Positions 28,501-37,476 of a stretch of DNA of 64,000 bases are shown one piece after another. How positions within the stretch are numbered: the stretch's first letter is position 1; the number at the start of each line of letters is the position of its first letter. The DNA lies in assembly GCA_035776655.1 (NCBI GenBank), contig DASTWK010000067.1, positions 28,768 to 92,767 on the forward strand, written 5' to 3'. A program made the position numbers and the translations under genes. The DNA is from Mycobacteriales bacterium (GTDB lineage Bacteria; Actinomycetota; Actinomycetes; JAFAQI01). A model generated the notes under the pieces. It had not been told where the DNA came from. It worked only from the letters and a program-made list of their open reading frames with translations, and ran no database searches.

Positions 28501-28947
28501 GCAGACACCGCTGCGGCCGCCGAGCTCTACGACGGGTTGGTCCCGCTGACCGACCAGTGGGCGGTCGTCCTGCCGCTGACGGTCGGCAGCATCGACCGCG
28601 TTCTCGGTGAGCTGGCGCTGTGCCTCGGTCGGTACGCCGACGCCGAGCGGCACTTCCGAATCGCGATCGCGAGCTGCGACGTGGCGGCGGCAGTGTCGTT
28701 CGCCGCTCAGGCCCGGCTGGGGTTGGCCGCGACGCTGGCCCGGCAGGGCCGTGGTCTCGACGACCGTGAGGTCACCGACCTTCTCGCCGCCGTGCGCACG
28801 ACCGCGACGGGTCATCGGCTGCCTCGGGTGCGCGCGTTGCTGGAGGCGCTGCAGGTCGAGCTCGCCATGACCGACGCGGGAGCGCCGGCGTACCCGTCCG
28901 TGCCGCAACAGAAGGGCGCCCGCGTCAGCCCCACCAACCCCGGCTGA
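25531..28947 (+). CDS. Class III adenylate/guanylate cyclase domain fused to a STAND/AAA ATPase and TPR-like C-terminal repeats. No C-terminal HTH was seen.
   Basis: The N-terminal CHD is present (LCVLVCDMVDSTDV...GDGALAVF...). The P-loop is LLSGEAGVGKTAF, with Walker B at VLVLDDLHWAD. The C-terminal about 600 aa is a Leu/Ala-rich helical repeat region. Confidence 0.9.
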   Translation: MRLHGADGGRPVPEAPASDPQPGLPATGATGDLGRFRSLCVLVCDMVDSTDVRVRLGADGERLLRLLDTITRDVVGTHGGSVVKGLGDGALAVFESATDALAAAVRLQRGLDEMRRRGAATDLAVRLAVSAGDISVGADDCYGLPVAEAVRLCAETRPGEILVTDVVRALARHGLDAPLTPAGQRELRGLREPVTAWRVDWQPRDSGWSRIPLPGRLATALPGQFVGREAELTDLLDRIDAGAPRQVLLLSGEAGVGKTAFAAELARRIQQQHGSVVIYGACDEDLRPPYQPLGHALRHLVRHAPTAALDNYVRRHGGDLAVLVPDLVERLGRVPPPRSTAQSADRYLLFDAVASLLEDVVAETSVVLVLDDLHWADRGTVLLLRHLLTTLELPGLVVIAAFRDTDLAASSGFGDLLAELHRFEGVRRIDLDGLTPVEVEKLAAALLAAQPDVLASLADLVHRETDGNAFFAVQLLRHLEESGDLTAGSGEVQLPPTVREVVRRRVRRLGPDVTQLLSTASVLGVEFHLQTVADVAAMPADTALDLVEAAVAAAVLREVPGGSRFRFVHALVQHTLYDDLSNARRHRLHRAAAEATERLESASTAAAHWLAADDFVDPLRAVAACTAAADEALLARAPDEAARWYAAALDLLAHTRDDELRCELLLRLGHAQRLAGDAEHRSTLLEAAALAQKIGDAERLARAALARTRWFSSIVSSGGEPEQLALVEAALAAVGPQPSSLRAELLATLSSELVYSDRPHERFAVAEEALRIAQLLGEPQTEFDVRLWRSMAGRRPGPRQPAGELAELRTLADRLHDPLRQVMVEVVTVLRRFGDGALSDAAMAIERGDALATMMRLPVLQWLFAVLRTTHATASGELDAAERLAAQALELGQATDQPDTASWFAVQMFMIRLEQGRMDEFEELIDAELAGSAAVYTWPPPLTLALVELGRTAEATQLLGQILDAGYARNPAEPLWPPGMCFLGLAAARLADTAAAAELYDGLVPLTDQWAVVLPLTVGSIDRVLGELALCLGRYADAERHFRIAIASCDVAAAVSFAAQARLGLAATLARQGRGLDDREVTDLLAAVRTTATGHRLPRVRALLEALQVELAMTDAGAPAYPSVPQQKGARVSPTNPG

Positions 28948-28973
28948 CGGCTCCGGGTCGGCCGGAGACCGTC
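28946..28973. terminator. Hairpin spanning exactly from the cyclase-gene stop to the dnaB stop (GACGGCTCCGG-gtcgg-CCGGAGACCGTC), a candidate bidirectional terminator
   Basis: It is an inverted repeat with a 6-bp perfect core and extended imperfect arms, located between convergent genes. Confidence 0.4.
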
Positions 28974-30357
28974 AGGTCTGCTGCAGGTCGACGAAGCGGG
29001 AGTAGTGTAGCTGGGACAACACGACGACGTCTTTGGTCGGACCGTTGCGGTGCTTGGCGACGATGAGATCGGCCTCACCCGCGCGCGGCGACTCGCGCTC
29101 GTAGAAGTCCTCCCGGTGCAGCAGGATCACCATGTCGGCGTCCTGCTCGATCGCGCCGGACTCACGGAGATCGGACATCTGTGGGCGCTTGTCCGTGCGT
29201 TGCTCGGGGCCGCGGTTGAGCTGGCTGATCGCGATGACCGGGACCTCGAGCTCTTTGGCGAGCAGCTTGAGCGAGCGGCTCATCTCGGCCACTTCCTGCT
29301 GACGGTTCTCCACCCGCTTGGGGCTGCTCATCAGCTGCAGGTAGTCGACGACGACGAGCTTGAGGTCGTGCCGCTGCTTGAGCCGCCGAGCCTTGGCCCG
29401 GATCTCCATCATCGACATGTTCGGTGAGTCGTCGATGAACAGCGGCGCGTCGGCGATCTCGCCCATCTTGCGCGCCAGCCGGTTCCAGTCGTCGTCGGTC
29501 ATCTGACCGGTGCGCAGGTGGGAGAGCAGGATCCGCGCTTCCGCCGACAGCAACCGCGTCGTGATCTCGCTGCGTCCCATCTCCAGTGAGAACAGCACGC
29601 CGGTCATGCCGTTCTTGATGCAGGCGGAGCGCAAGGCGTCGAGCCCGACGGTGCTCTTGCCCATTGCCGGTCGTCCGGCGATGACGATGAGCTGGCCCGG
29701 GTGGAAGCCGTTGGTCAGCTCGTCGAGCTCACGGAAGCCGGTCGGCACCCCGTAGAGCTCGTTGCCGCGGCTGCCCATCGCCTCGATCTCGTCGAAGGCT
29801 TGCTGCAGCACGTGTTCGAGCCGCACGTAGTCATCGCTCGTGCGGCGCTCGGTCACGTCGTAAACGGCCTGCTGCGCCCGGTCGACCACGTCGTCGACGT
29901 CGCCACCGCTGCCGCCGGCTGCGCCGTAACCCAGCTGGACGATGCGGGTGCCGGCCTCGACCAGCCGGCGCAGGATCGCGCGCTCGCGCACGATCTCGGC
30001 GTAGTAGCCGGCGTTGGCCGCCGTGGGCACCGACGCGATCAGGGTGTGCAGGTAGGGAGCGCCACCGACCTTCGCCAGCGTGCCGGCGCGGGTCAGCTCG
30101 GCGGCGACGGTGACCGGGTCGGCCGGCTCACCGCGGCCGTAGAGGTCGATGACGGCGTCGTAGATGGTCTGGTGGGCCGGGCGGTAGAAGTCGGTGGAGC
30201 GGACGACCTCGACGACGTCGGCGATGGCGTCCTTGCTCAACAGCATGCCGCCGAGGACGCTCTGCTCCGCGACGATGTCCTGAGGTGGGGTGCGGTCGAG
30301 GTCGAGCCGGCCCCCGCCGTCCCCGCCGGGCATCGTGACGACGTCCGCGACGCTCAC
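28972..30357 (-). CDS. dnaB: Replicative DNA helicase DnaB (no intein)
   Basis: The full DnaB N-terminal domain and RecA-like core are present (GRPAMGKST..., Walker B, H4 motifs). Length is 461 aa. Confidence 0.97.
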   Translation of the reverse strand: MSVADVVTMPGGDGGGRLDLDRTPPQDIVAEQSVLGGMLLSKDAIADVVEVVRSTDFYRPAHQTIYDAVIDLYGRGEPADPVTVAAELTRAGTLAKVGGAPYLHTLIASVPTAANAGYYAEIVRERAILRRLVEAGTRIVQLGYGAAGGSGGDVDDVVDRAQQAVYDVTERRTSDDYVRLEHVLQQAFDEIEAMGSRGNELYGVPTGFRELDELTNGFHPGQLIVIAGRPAMGKSTVGLDALRSACIKNGMTGVLFSLEMGRSEITTRLLSAEARILLSHLRTGQMTDDDWNRLARKMGEIADAPLFIDDSPNMSMMEIRAKARRLKQRHDLKLVVVDYLQLMSSPKRVENRQQEVAEMSRSLKLLAKELEVPVIAISQLNRGPEQRTDKRPQMSDLRESGAIEQDADMVILLHREDFYERESPRAGEADLIVAKHRNGPTKDVVVLSQLHYSRFVDLQQT

Positions 30358-30602
30358 CGACCCCTCCTCTCCCGGCGCGCGCGAAACGGTGCGCCGAAGA
30401 GAGTTCTAGCGGAGCGCACCGACGATTTTCACCGATCCCGGCCGTGGCCCACGCCCGGCTGGGGACGACCAGGTGCAGCGGGTGTGGAGGGCAGGTCGCG
30501 TCGTTGTGCACAGCCGTGGGAACAGTTGTGGATCCCGCCGTACGGCGCGGCGGCGACACGCGCCCTGACCTGCGCGCCTGACTGTCCACGGCTGTGGAGG
30601 AG

Positions 30603-30646
30603 CAAAAAGTTGTGCCGGCCACCCGTGCGGGCGACCGGCACAACTG
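30603..30646 (-). terminator. Rho-independent terminator downstream of rplI: stem AGTTGTGCCGG / CCGGCACAACT followed by TTTTTG on the minus strand
   Basis: There are perfect 11-bp arms with a 17-nt loop and a U-tract immediately 3' on the coding (minus) strand, which is unusual in high-GC DNA. Confidence 0.6.
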
Positions 30647-30660
30647 TTGATGCGGGCGGA

Positions 30661-31113
30661 TCAGGCCTCGGCCACGACATCCACGTCGACGGTGGCCACG
30701 ACCTCGGGATGCAAGCGAACGGAGACGGTGTGCGTGCCGACGGTCTTGATGTGCGCCGCCGGCAGCTCGATGCGTCGCTTGTCCAGCGCGGGACCTCCCG
30801 CGCTCTTGACCGCGTCGACGATGTCCGCGGCGGTGACGGAGCCGAACAGCCGGCCACCCTGGCCGGCCTTGGACGGCAACGTGACCTTGAGCGCGCCGAG
30901 CTGCGCGGCGAGCTCCTGCGCCTGGCCGTGGTCACGCACTTCGCGCACCTCGCGGCCACGGCGGATCTGCGCCACCTGGGTCTCGGCGCCGCGCGACCAC
31001 TTCATCGCCAGCCCGCGCGGGACGAGGAAGTTGCGGCCGTAGCCGTCCTTGACCTCGACGATGTCGCCGGGACCACCGAGGCCACCGACCTCCTGGGTGA
31101 GGATGAGCTTCAT
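30661..31113 (-). CDS. rplI: 50S ribosomal protein L9
   Basis: The bL9 sequence is recognised along the full length ([13 protein letters not shown]...). Confidence 0.97.
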   Translation of the reverse strand: MKLILTQEVGGLGGPGDIVEVKDGYGRNFLVPRGLAMKWSRGAETQVAQIRRGREVREVRDHGQAQELAAQLGALKVTLPSKAGQGGRLFGSVTAADIVDAVKSAGGPALDKRRIELPAAHIKTVGTHTVSVRLHPEVVATVDVDVVAEA

Positions 31114-31127
31114 CGAGTCATCCCTCC

Positions 31128-31364
31128 TCAGCGGGCCGTGCTGGTGTAGGGCAGCAGCGCCATCTCACGGCTGTTCTTGATCGCGACGGCGACGTCGCGC
31201 TGGTGCTGCGAGCAGTTGCCGGTGACCCGGCGGGCGCGGATCTTGCCGCGGTCCGAGATGAACTTGCGCAGCAGGTTGGTGTCCTTGTAGTCGACGGAGG
31301 TGGCCTTCTCCTTGCAGAAGGCGCACACCTTCTTCTTCGGCTTGCGAGTCGTGGGCTTGGGCAT
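31128..31364 (-). CDS. rpsR: 30S ribosomal protein S18
   Basis: The bS18 sequence is recognised (…[11 protein letters not shown]…[11 protein letters not shown]…). Confidence 0.97.
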   Translation of the reverse strand: MPKPTTRKPKKKVCAFCKEKATSVDYKDTNLLRKFISDRGKIRARRVTGNCSQHQRDVAVAIKNSREMALLPYTSTAR

Positions 31365-31438
31365 CGGGAAGAGCTCCGGAAGTCTCGTTGCGAATGTGGT
31401 CAGTGGTCAGGGCCGCGAGGGCGAGGAGCCCGGCGCGG

Positions 31439-31948
31439 TCAGAACGGTGGTTCGTCGCTGAAGTCGCCGCCGGGCGCGGGCGAGGCCCAGGGGTCGTCCG
31501 CGGCACCGCCGGCGGGTGCGGATCCACCGCCGAAGCCGCCGCCGCCGAAACCACCGGCGTTGCCGGCGTTGCCGCCGCCGCGCTGCCCGCGGTTGATCTT
31601 CGCCGTCGCGTTGCGCAACGACGGGCCGACCTCGTCGACCTCGACTTCGAAGACGGTGCGCTTCTCGCCTTCCTTGGTCTCGTAGGACCGCTGCTTGAGC
31701 CGGCCCTGCACGATGACGCGCATGCCGCGCTGGAGCGACTCCGCGACGTTCTCGGCGGCCTGACGCCAGACGTTGCACGTGAGGAAGAGGCTCTCGCCGT
31801 CCTTCCACTCGTTGGTCTGCTTGTCGAGATAGCGCGGGGTGGAGGCAACGCGGAACTTGGCGACCGCGGCGCCACTCGGCGTGAACCGCAGCTCGGGGTC
31901 GTCGACGAGGTTGCCGACCAGCGTGATGGTGGTGTCACCAGCAGCCAT
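31439..31948 (-). CDS. ssb: Single-stranded DNA-binding protein
   Basis: An OB-fold N-terminus is followed by a Gly-rich linker and the C-terminal acidic tip DEPPF. Confidence 0.97.
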   Translation of the reverse strand: MAAGDTTITLVGNLVDDPELRFTPSGAAVAKFRVASTPRYLDKQTNEWKDGESLFLTCNVWRQAAENVAESLQRGMRVIVQGRLKQRSYETKEGEKRTVFEVEVDEVGPSLRNATAKINRGQRGGGNAGNAGGFGGGGFGGGSAPAGGAADDPWASPAPGGDFSDEPPF

Positions 31949-31957
31949 GCCCGCCCC

Positions 31958-32248
31958 CTACTTCGTGTCCAGCCGGGTGAGCTTCGTGCGCAGCACGGCC
32001 TCGTTGAGGTTGAGCTGGCGGTCGAGCTCCTTGACGGTGTCGGGCTCCGCGGTGACGTCGAGCACCGCGTAGATGCCCTCGACCTTGTGCTGGATCTCGT
32101 AGGAGAGCCGGCGCCGGCCCCACACGTCGACCTTGTCGACGCTGCCACCGCCCTGGCGGACGACCCCGAGGAACTGGTCGAGCGAGGGCGCGATCGTGCG
32201 CTCCTCGAGATCGGGGTCGAGGATGACCATCAGTTCGTAGCGACGCAT
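31958..32248 (-). CDS. rpsF: 30S ribosomal protein S6
   Basis: The bS6 sequence is recognised ([14 protein letters not shown]...). Confidence 0.97.
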   Translation of the reverse strand: MRRYELMVILDPDLEERTIAPSLDQFLGVVRQGGGSVDKVDVWGRRRLSYEIQHKVEGIYAVLDVTAEPDTVKELDRQLNLNEAVLRTKLTRLDTK

Positions 32249-32450
32249 GAGCGGACCACTCCTCCTTCGGACTCGGGAACCCGGCGGCGGCTGCCGTCGA
32301 GTTGGCGGCCACGCCCCCGTGGATGCGGGAAGCCGTGGCAGGAGGTCGCTCGCTCCCTCCTCGCAACGAGGGGGAGCGCCGCCCAGGCTAGCAGCGGATC
32401 GCGGTCGCCGACCCGACGCTGACTCGGGCGCCCTCTCGTCTCGCCCGAGG

Positions 32451-33281
32451 CTATGTGGCCCCGCCGACAGTCGGGCGGCTGTCCACAGCCACGGACGTGG
32501 GCTCGTCGAACAGAACCCGCAGCAGGGCGCCGCCCGCGCCGAGGATCAGCAGCGCAGCGACGGCCGCCGGCAGGCCGCGGCCGCGCCCGCTCGGCGGCTC
32601 GAGGGGGCCGGCGACGACCGCCGGGGACGGCGTCGTCGAGGGTGCGACCGTGGTGGGCACGACCGGCGTCAGCACCGGCACCGGAGCGCTGGTCGGCGTC
32701 GGCCGCCGCCGCTCGGCGCGCACCTCTGCACCGGACGGTGGCACGGTCGCGGCCACCCGCGGCCCGGGGGTGCTGCCATCGCCGGCACCGCCACTCTCGC
32801 CGCCGTGCCGCCCGCCGGCCGAGCGAGACGTGGGTGCTGCCGGCGACGCGGACTGCGTCGGCGACGGTCGGCTGGCCGGCGTGGTGGGTGGGGGGGCCGC
32901 CACCGTGATGCTGCCCGAGGCGGACGTGGGGCCACTGCTTGCCGTGACCGGCTGCCGGCCGGGGTCGCGACCGACGTAGGCGGCAGACACCGGCGTGGAC
33001 CCGCCGCCCATGAGACTTTGCCGGTAGTGCGCGCCGACGGTGATCGTCACCTGGCCGGCCGTGTTGTTCGCGAACTGGACGCACCCGCCGTAGGCGATGT
33101 CGTAGTGGTCGGGATCCAACGCGATGACGCGTCCCGCGGTGAACGCATAACCGACCGTCATCACCTTGCACGAATCGGCCTGCGCCGTACCGGTCCCGGC
33201 GGCAGCCACCACGAGAGGACCGCTGACCACCGCGGTCGCGGTGACGGCGAGTCGCAGTGGCAGCCCAGGACGTCGGGACAC
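32451..33281 (-). CDS. Hypothetical secreted / C-terminally membrane-anchored protein with a Pro/Thr/Ser/Ala-rich linker
   Basis: The GTG start gives a signal peptide ([34 protein letters not shown]). A globular segment with Cys-X-Cys is followed by a PTS-rich region and a C-terminal hydrophobic helix. Confidence 0.5.
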   Translation of the reverse strand: MSRRPGLPLRLAVTATAVVSGPLVVAAAGTGTAQADSCKVMTVGYAFTAGRVIALDPDHYDIAYGGCVQFANNTAGQVTITVGAHYRQSLMGGGSTPVSAAYVGRDPGRQPVTASSGPTSASGSITVAAPPPTTPASRPSPTQSASPAAPTSRSAGGRHGGESGGAGDGSTPGPRVAATVPPSGAEVRAERRRPTPTSAPVPVLTPVVPTTVAPSTTPSPAVVAGPLEPPSGRGRGLPAAVAALLILGAGGALLRVLFDEPTSVAVDSRPTVGGAT

Positions 33282-33318
33282 GACACCATGCTGCCCCACT
33301 GCGCGGCCCTCGCCGCGG

Positions 33319-36249
33319 CTATCGCGGCCGGTGCGAGGTGAAGTTGACGACCTGCTGGAACGTCGGCCGGTTCTGCCAGTCCAGCCGCCGGGTCCCGACG
33401 ATGCCCGCCGTGACCGGCGCGATGTCGTCGATGCTCTTGTCATAGGTCAGCTGTTGCACGCTCGCCACGCCTTGCGCCCGGAGCGCACGCTGCACGGCGA
33501 CGTGCAGCGACCGGCGCAGGTGCCGGCGGCAGGTCGGCAGCGGGCCGCAGTAGCTGCGGGAGAAGGCTCCGCGCACGGGTCGGTCCAGCGACTGGCGCAG
33601 CGCCTTGGAGACGTAGCCGTACCAGGCGACCGAGTCCCAGGACGAGCCGAGACCCTTGCGGGGGTGGTCGTCGGTGGTATAGGGAATCGCGTCGACCAGC
33701 CCACCGAGGCCGGACCGCAACGAGGCCTTCGCCAGCCCGCCGCGACCGCTGCCGTTGTCGTCCCACCAGGTGTCGAACAAGGCGATCGCGGCCTGGTCCT
33801 GGTAGTGCCCGGTGCGCTTGCGGTCGACTCGGTGCGCGCCATCGTCCACCCAGCCGCGCAGCAGCCGCACGGCGGCACGATCCCGCCGGTCGTGGCCGAC
33901 GACCTGCAGCGCGAGCGGCAACAGCTTCTCCGCCCGCAGGTCGACGGTCGCGGCGTCGATCATCGCCCCGACCAGACCGGCGCGGGTGACCGGTCCGTGC
34001 CGGAACAGCCGCCGGATGCGCTCTGCCAGCAGGTTGACGCGGTGGACGCCGCTTTGGCCCCACTGGTCGTCGGCCACGCCGAAGGCCGGTGCCTGCTTGT
34101 TGTTCCAGGACGTGAGGAAGCCCGCCGGCGGGTTGATCTGATGCGGCAGGTGTGACTGCGGCAACCATCCGGTCCAGTCATAGGCCGCAGACCCCCAGCG
34201 CGGGAAGTCCGGCTCCACCCCAGCTGCTCGCTGCGGGAGCAGACCGGACACCTTGTAGGCGATGTCGCGATCGTCGGCGTAGAACCAGTTGAAGGTGTAG
34301 TCGACCCCGGCGAACGCCTTCTCGAAGTCACTCGCGTCATGGGTGTAGTCCGGGTTGTTGATGCGGGCGAAGCCGATCGCGGAGTCGGCCTCGTGTCCGT
34401 ACGTGGAGCGTTCGGTCACCACGGCCACGGGCACCTTGTGGTGGCCCTTGTGCGCCAGGGTGCGGAACTGCACGACCCCGTGCCGGGTGCGCATGACGGT
34501 GAACGACAGCACCTCCGGAGTGCCGGTGCCGCCTGCCGTCGGCACCACCACGGACTCGTCATGGGTGAACGTGTCGATCGGGACGCACTCGGCCCGCCCC
34601 GAGGAGTTGTCGATGTAGTGGGTGGACCGAGTGGTGGCCGGCGACCCGTCCGGGTTGCACAACCGCTCCATCACCGTGTCCACGTTGTCGCCGTCGGCGC
34701 TGGTCGCCGACCAGGCGTAGTCGACGCCGTGACCGAGCTCGACGATGAACTGCGTCCCCGCGAACGACACACCGCGCGCCTTGATGCCAGGCCCGGACAG
34801 GTCCACCTCGGTGAGCAGCTGCGGTGTGTAGTAGCCGGTCTGGGGGCCGAAGACGACGACCGGGTGACCGTCGGCGGAGTGCTTCGCGTCGACGAGCAAG
34901 GCATTGCTCTCGTTGGTCGGGTGTCGGGACAGGTCGAGTGCCCCGACCGGCGTGCGTAGGTGCCCGAGGCGCGCCTGCCAGCGCTGGTACGCCGCCGTGC
35001 CGGGCACCGGCGGAGCCTCGAACGCCACCGGCTCGTCCCCGGTCGCGGGTGCACCGGTGCCGGGGGTGGTCCGCGCGCCGACGACCGGCAGCGCGACGCT
35101 GGGCCGTCCGGGCGCAACGCCACCGTCGAGGTACGGGAAGCGCAACGAGGACGTCGTGAACGCCTCGGGGTCGTTCTTCTCGCGCAGGTCGTCGTACATC
35201 TGCTTCGCGCGGTGGCTGCCGAACTGCGCCCGCAGCGCCTCGTAGAACAACGCGTCCTGGTATTCGCCGCCGCCACCCTTGCCGAAGATGCCGCCGACCA
35301 GCGACGCGATGTAGACGATGTCGGCGCGGGTGTAGGGGCGCGGGGCCTTCTGCAGGGCGGCGTATTCCACCGGGCAGTTCGGCCCGAATGCGGCGCCGTT
35401 GTCGCCGGGTGCCTGGCCACCGGCGTCGTTGGCGTCGAACGCGCCCGGACACAGCGCTTCCTGGGCGGCGTTCATGCCCGCGATGAACGCGTCGAGTCGC
35501 GCCAGCAGCGCCCTGCCCTCGGCGCCGTAGCGCCGAACCACGCTGTTGATCTGTGCCTCGGCTTCGGCGGGTGTGTACGGCGCGAGCTGCAGCTGCGCCT
35601 GGTCCATCGCGATGTCGCTGTCGGTCGGTCCGAGGAACGAAGCCATCTGCGCGGCACCGGTGTGCCGGAGGACGTCGGTGAGGAACATCCGGTCTTCGAT
35701 CCCGGCATAGCCGGCGCCGTAGGCGACGTCCTCGGCGGTCTGGCCGACGATGTGCGGCACCCCGAAGCTGTCGCGCGCGATCGTCACGCCCGGCTTCGGC
35801 GTCTCCGTGCTCACCGGATGGGCCGGCAGCCCGATGGCCGCGTCCTTGAAGTACTTCGTCAGATCGGCGGTGTGCAAGGAGTACGGCGCCACCGTGTTGA
35901 GCGCGTCGTAGAGCTCGAGCTGGTCGGCGAAGTTGCGAGGTTCGGTGGGAGTCGCGGTGGCGAGCGCCGACTTGGGGTCTCCCGGGTTGTCGAACAGGTT
36001 CGGCGCGTTGCCGACCCCCAAGGTCACCAGGTCCCCGGCCGTCACGTTGCCGTTGGATCCGGGCGGCAGGATGTTGAGCGTTGCGCCGCCGGTGTCGTAG
36101 CCGCCGGCAGCCGGACGGGCGTCCCGCCCGACGGCGGCGGAGGCAGCCGGCGCCGCCAACAAGCTGGCGGTGGCGGCAACAGCGAGAAGGCGACGGTGCA
36201 CGGTGGGACCTTTCGTACCGGCGGGGAAACGGGCAGGCGCCGGGAACAC
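33319..36249 (-). CDS. Penicillin acylase family protein (Ntn-hydrolase, S45 peptidase family), secreted
   Basis: It is about 950 aa with a signal peptide and the S45 family architecture. The exact start is ambiguous. Confidence 0.88.
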   Translation of the reverse strand: MFPAPARFPAGTKGPTVHRRLLAVAATASLLAAPAASAAVGRDARPAAGGYDTGGATLNILPPGSNGNVTAGDLVTLGVGNAPNLFDNPGDPKSALATATPTEPRNFADQLELYDALNTVAPYSLHTADLTKYFKDAAIGLPAHPVSTETPKPGVTIARDSFGVPHIVGQTAEDVAYGAGYAGIEDRMFLTDVLRHTGAAQMASFLGPTDSDIAMDQAQLQLAPYTPAEAEAQINSVVRRYGAEGRALLARLDAFIAGMNAAQEALCPGAFDANDAGGQAPGDNGAAFGPNCPVEYAALQKAPRPYTRADIVYIASLVGGIFGKGGGGEYQDALFYEALRAQFGSHRAKQMYDDLREKNDPEAFTTSSLRFPYLDGGVAPGRPSVALPVVGARTTPGTGAPATGDEPVAFEAPPVPGTAAYQRWQARLGHLRTPVGALDLSRHPTNESNALLVDAKHSADGHPVVVFGPQTGYYTPQLLTEVDLSGPGIKARGVSFAGTQFIVELGHGVDYAWSATSADGDNVDTVMERLCNPDGSPATTRSTHYIDNSSGRAECVPIDTFTHDESVVVPTAGGTGTPEVLSFTVMRTRHGVVQFRTLAHKGHHKVPVAVVTERSTYGHEADSAIGFARINNPDYTHDASDFEKAFAGVDYTFNWFYADDRDIAYKVSGLLPQRAAGVEPDFPRWGSAAYDWTGWLPQSHLPHQINPPAGFLTSWNNKQAPAFGVADDQWGQSGVHRVNLLAERIRRLFRHGPVTRAGLVGAMIDAATVDLRAEKLLPLALQVVGHDRRDRAAVRLLRGWVDDGAHRVDRKRTGHYQDQAAIALFDTWWDDNGSGRGGLAKASLRSGLGGLVDAIPYTTDDHPRKGLGSSWDSVAWYGYVSKALRQSLDRPVRGAFSRSYCGPLPTCRRHLRRSLHVAVQRALRAQGVASVQQLTYDKSIDDIAPVTAGIVGTRRLDWQNRPTFQQVVNFTSHRPR

Positions 36250-36294
36250 TTCGTCGCCGCCGCCGGCAACTCCTGCCGTGGTGACGTCAGCGGG

Positions 36295-37476
36295 TCATCC
36301 CACCCAGTGGCCGCTGACGAACGTGACGACGCCGACCGCCATCAGCGCCGGCGCCACCGCGACGTAGGTGAGGTGCACCCACCGGTGGCGGACTCCCGCG
36401 CGCGCGAGCAGCAGCCACAGGGGCCACCACAGGAGCGAGGCGCGAGCCACGGACAGGAAGTACGACGAGGTCCCGAGGGCGACGACCTGCCCGCCGACAT
36501 AGACCACCTCGGCCCAACGGCGAAGCGCGAGCAGGACGAGACAGAGCAGCACACCGACGGCGATGGCCACGATCTCCGCGCGGAAGGACCAGGCGTAGGC
36601 GGCGCCCTGCGTGGGGTCGGTCGCCCCGGACCAGGTGGCGTGCAAGGCGGTCCAGGGCGCGGTCAGCGATCGATCCCACACCGCGCGCTGCGCATGCGCC
36701 CAGGCCAGCCAGTCGCCGGTGATGGCCCGCAGGTAGCCGAAGTAGGCGGCGGTGCCCGCGAACGCGGACAGGAGCGCGAGCACGTGCACCGGTCGGCGTC
36801 GTGCCGCCGCGGAGCTTCCGTCCGGACGCGCCCCGAGCGGGTCGACCAGCCATTGGACGACCAGTGCCACGGCGAGGAAGACCGCGGTGATGCGGACCGT
36901 GCCGGCCAGGGCGGTGAGTCCGCCGGCCCACCACCATCGGCCGCGGCGAGCGGCGAGCCACGCCGGCAACGCCAAGGCGAGGAACAAGGCCTCGGAGTAA
37001 CCGGCAGCGAGGAACACCGCGAACGGCGACAGCACGAGGTAGAGCGCCGCCCGGGAGCCCGTCGACGCGTCCCACTCCAAGTCGCCGAGCCGGGCGAGAG
37101 CAACACATGCCACCGCCCCGGCCACCGCCGATATCAGCAGGCCGGCGACGATCCAGTCGCCGATGACCGCATGCACCGCGCGCAGCAGCAGCGGCTCACC
37201 GGGGAAGAACGCGACGATGCCGCGGTCGGAGTAGTGCTCGGGTCGCCCCAGATAGCCGAACTTGGCGACCTTGACGAACAGCCCGACGTCCCACCGGTCC
37301 CACGAGGCGACCCACGACGGGAGGTTGCCGGCGCGATCTCCGATGACCATCCAGATCGCGGCGGCCGAGGCGACCCCGACGCCGACACGACTGGCCACCC
37401 AGACCGCGAGCACGGACCGGTCGACACCGCTGCCGGCTGCGGGACGTCGGGTCCCGGCCGCGGACGCGTCGGTCAC
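36295..37476 (-). CDS. Integral-membrane GT-C glycosyltransferase (polyprenol-phosphate-sugar-dependent mannosyltransferase-like)
   Basis: It is multi-spanning and Trp-rich, with a conserved N-terminal loop carrying acidic residues (DRWDVGLF). Its start overlaps the upstream paralog's stop (ATGA). Confidence 0.75.
   Translation of the reverse strand: MTDASAAGTRRPAAGSGVDRSVLAVWVASRVGVGVASAAAIWMVIGDRAGNLPSWVASWDRWDVGLFVKVAKFGYLGRPEHYSDRGIVAFFPGEPLLLRAVHAVIGDWIVAGLLISAVAGAVACVALARLGDLEWDASTGSRAALYLVLSPFAVFLAAGYSEALFLALALPAWLAARRGRWWWAGGLTALAGTVRITAVFLAVALVVQWLVDPLGARPDGSSAAARRRPVHVLALLSAFAGTAAYFGYLRAITGDWLAWAHAQRAVWDRSLTAPWTALHATWSGATDPTQGAAYAWSFRAEIVAIAVGVLLCLVLLALRRWAEVVYVGGQVVALGTSSYFLSVARASLLWWPLWLLLARAGVRHRWVHLTYVAVAPALMAVGVVTFVSGHWVG

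Noticed and set aside
30480-30600. DnaA-box-like motifs (TGTGGA / TGTCCAC) in the dnaB-rplI intergenic region, as a possible oriC
   Set aside because: There is no dnaA-dnaN context, and parAB lie 33 kb away at the window edge. The motifs fall inside inverted-repeat arms and are more plausibly RNA-structure or promoter elements.
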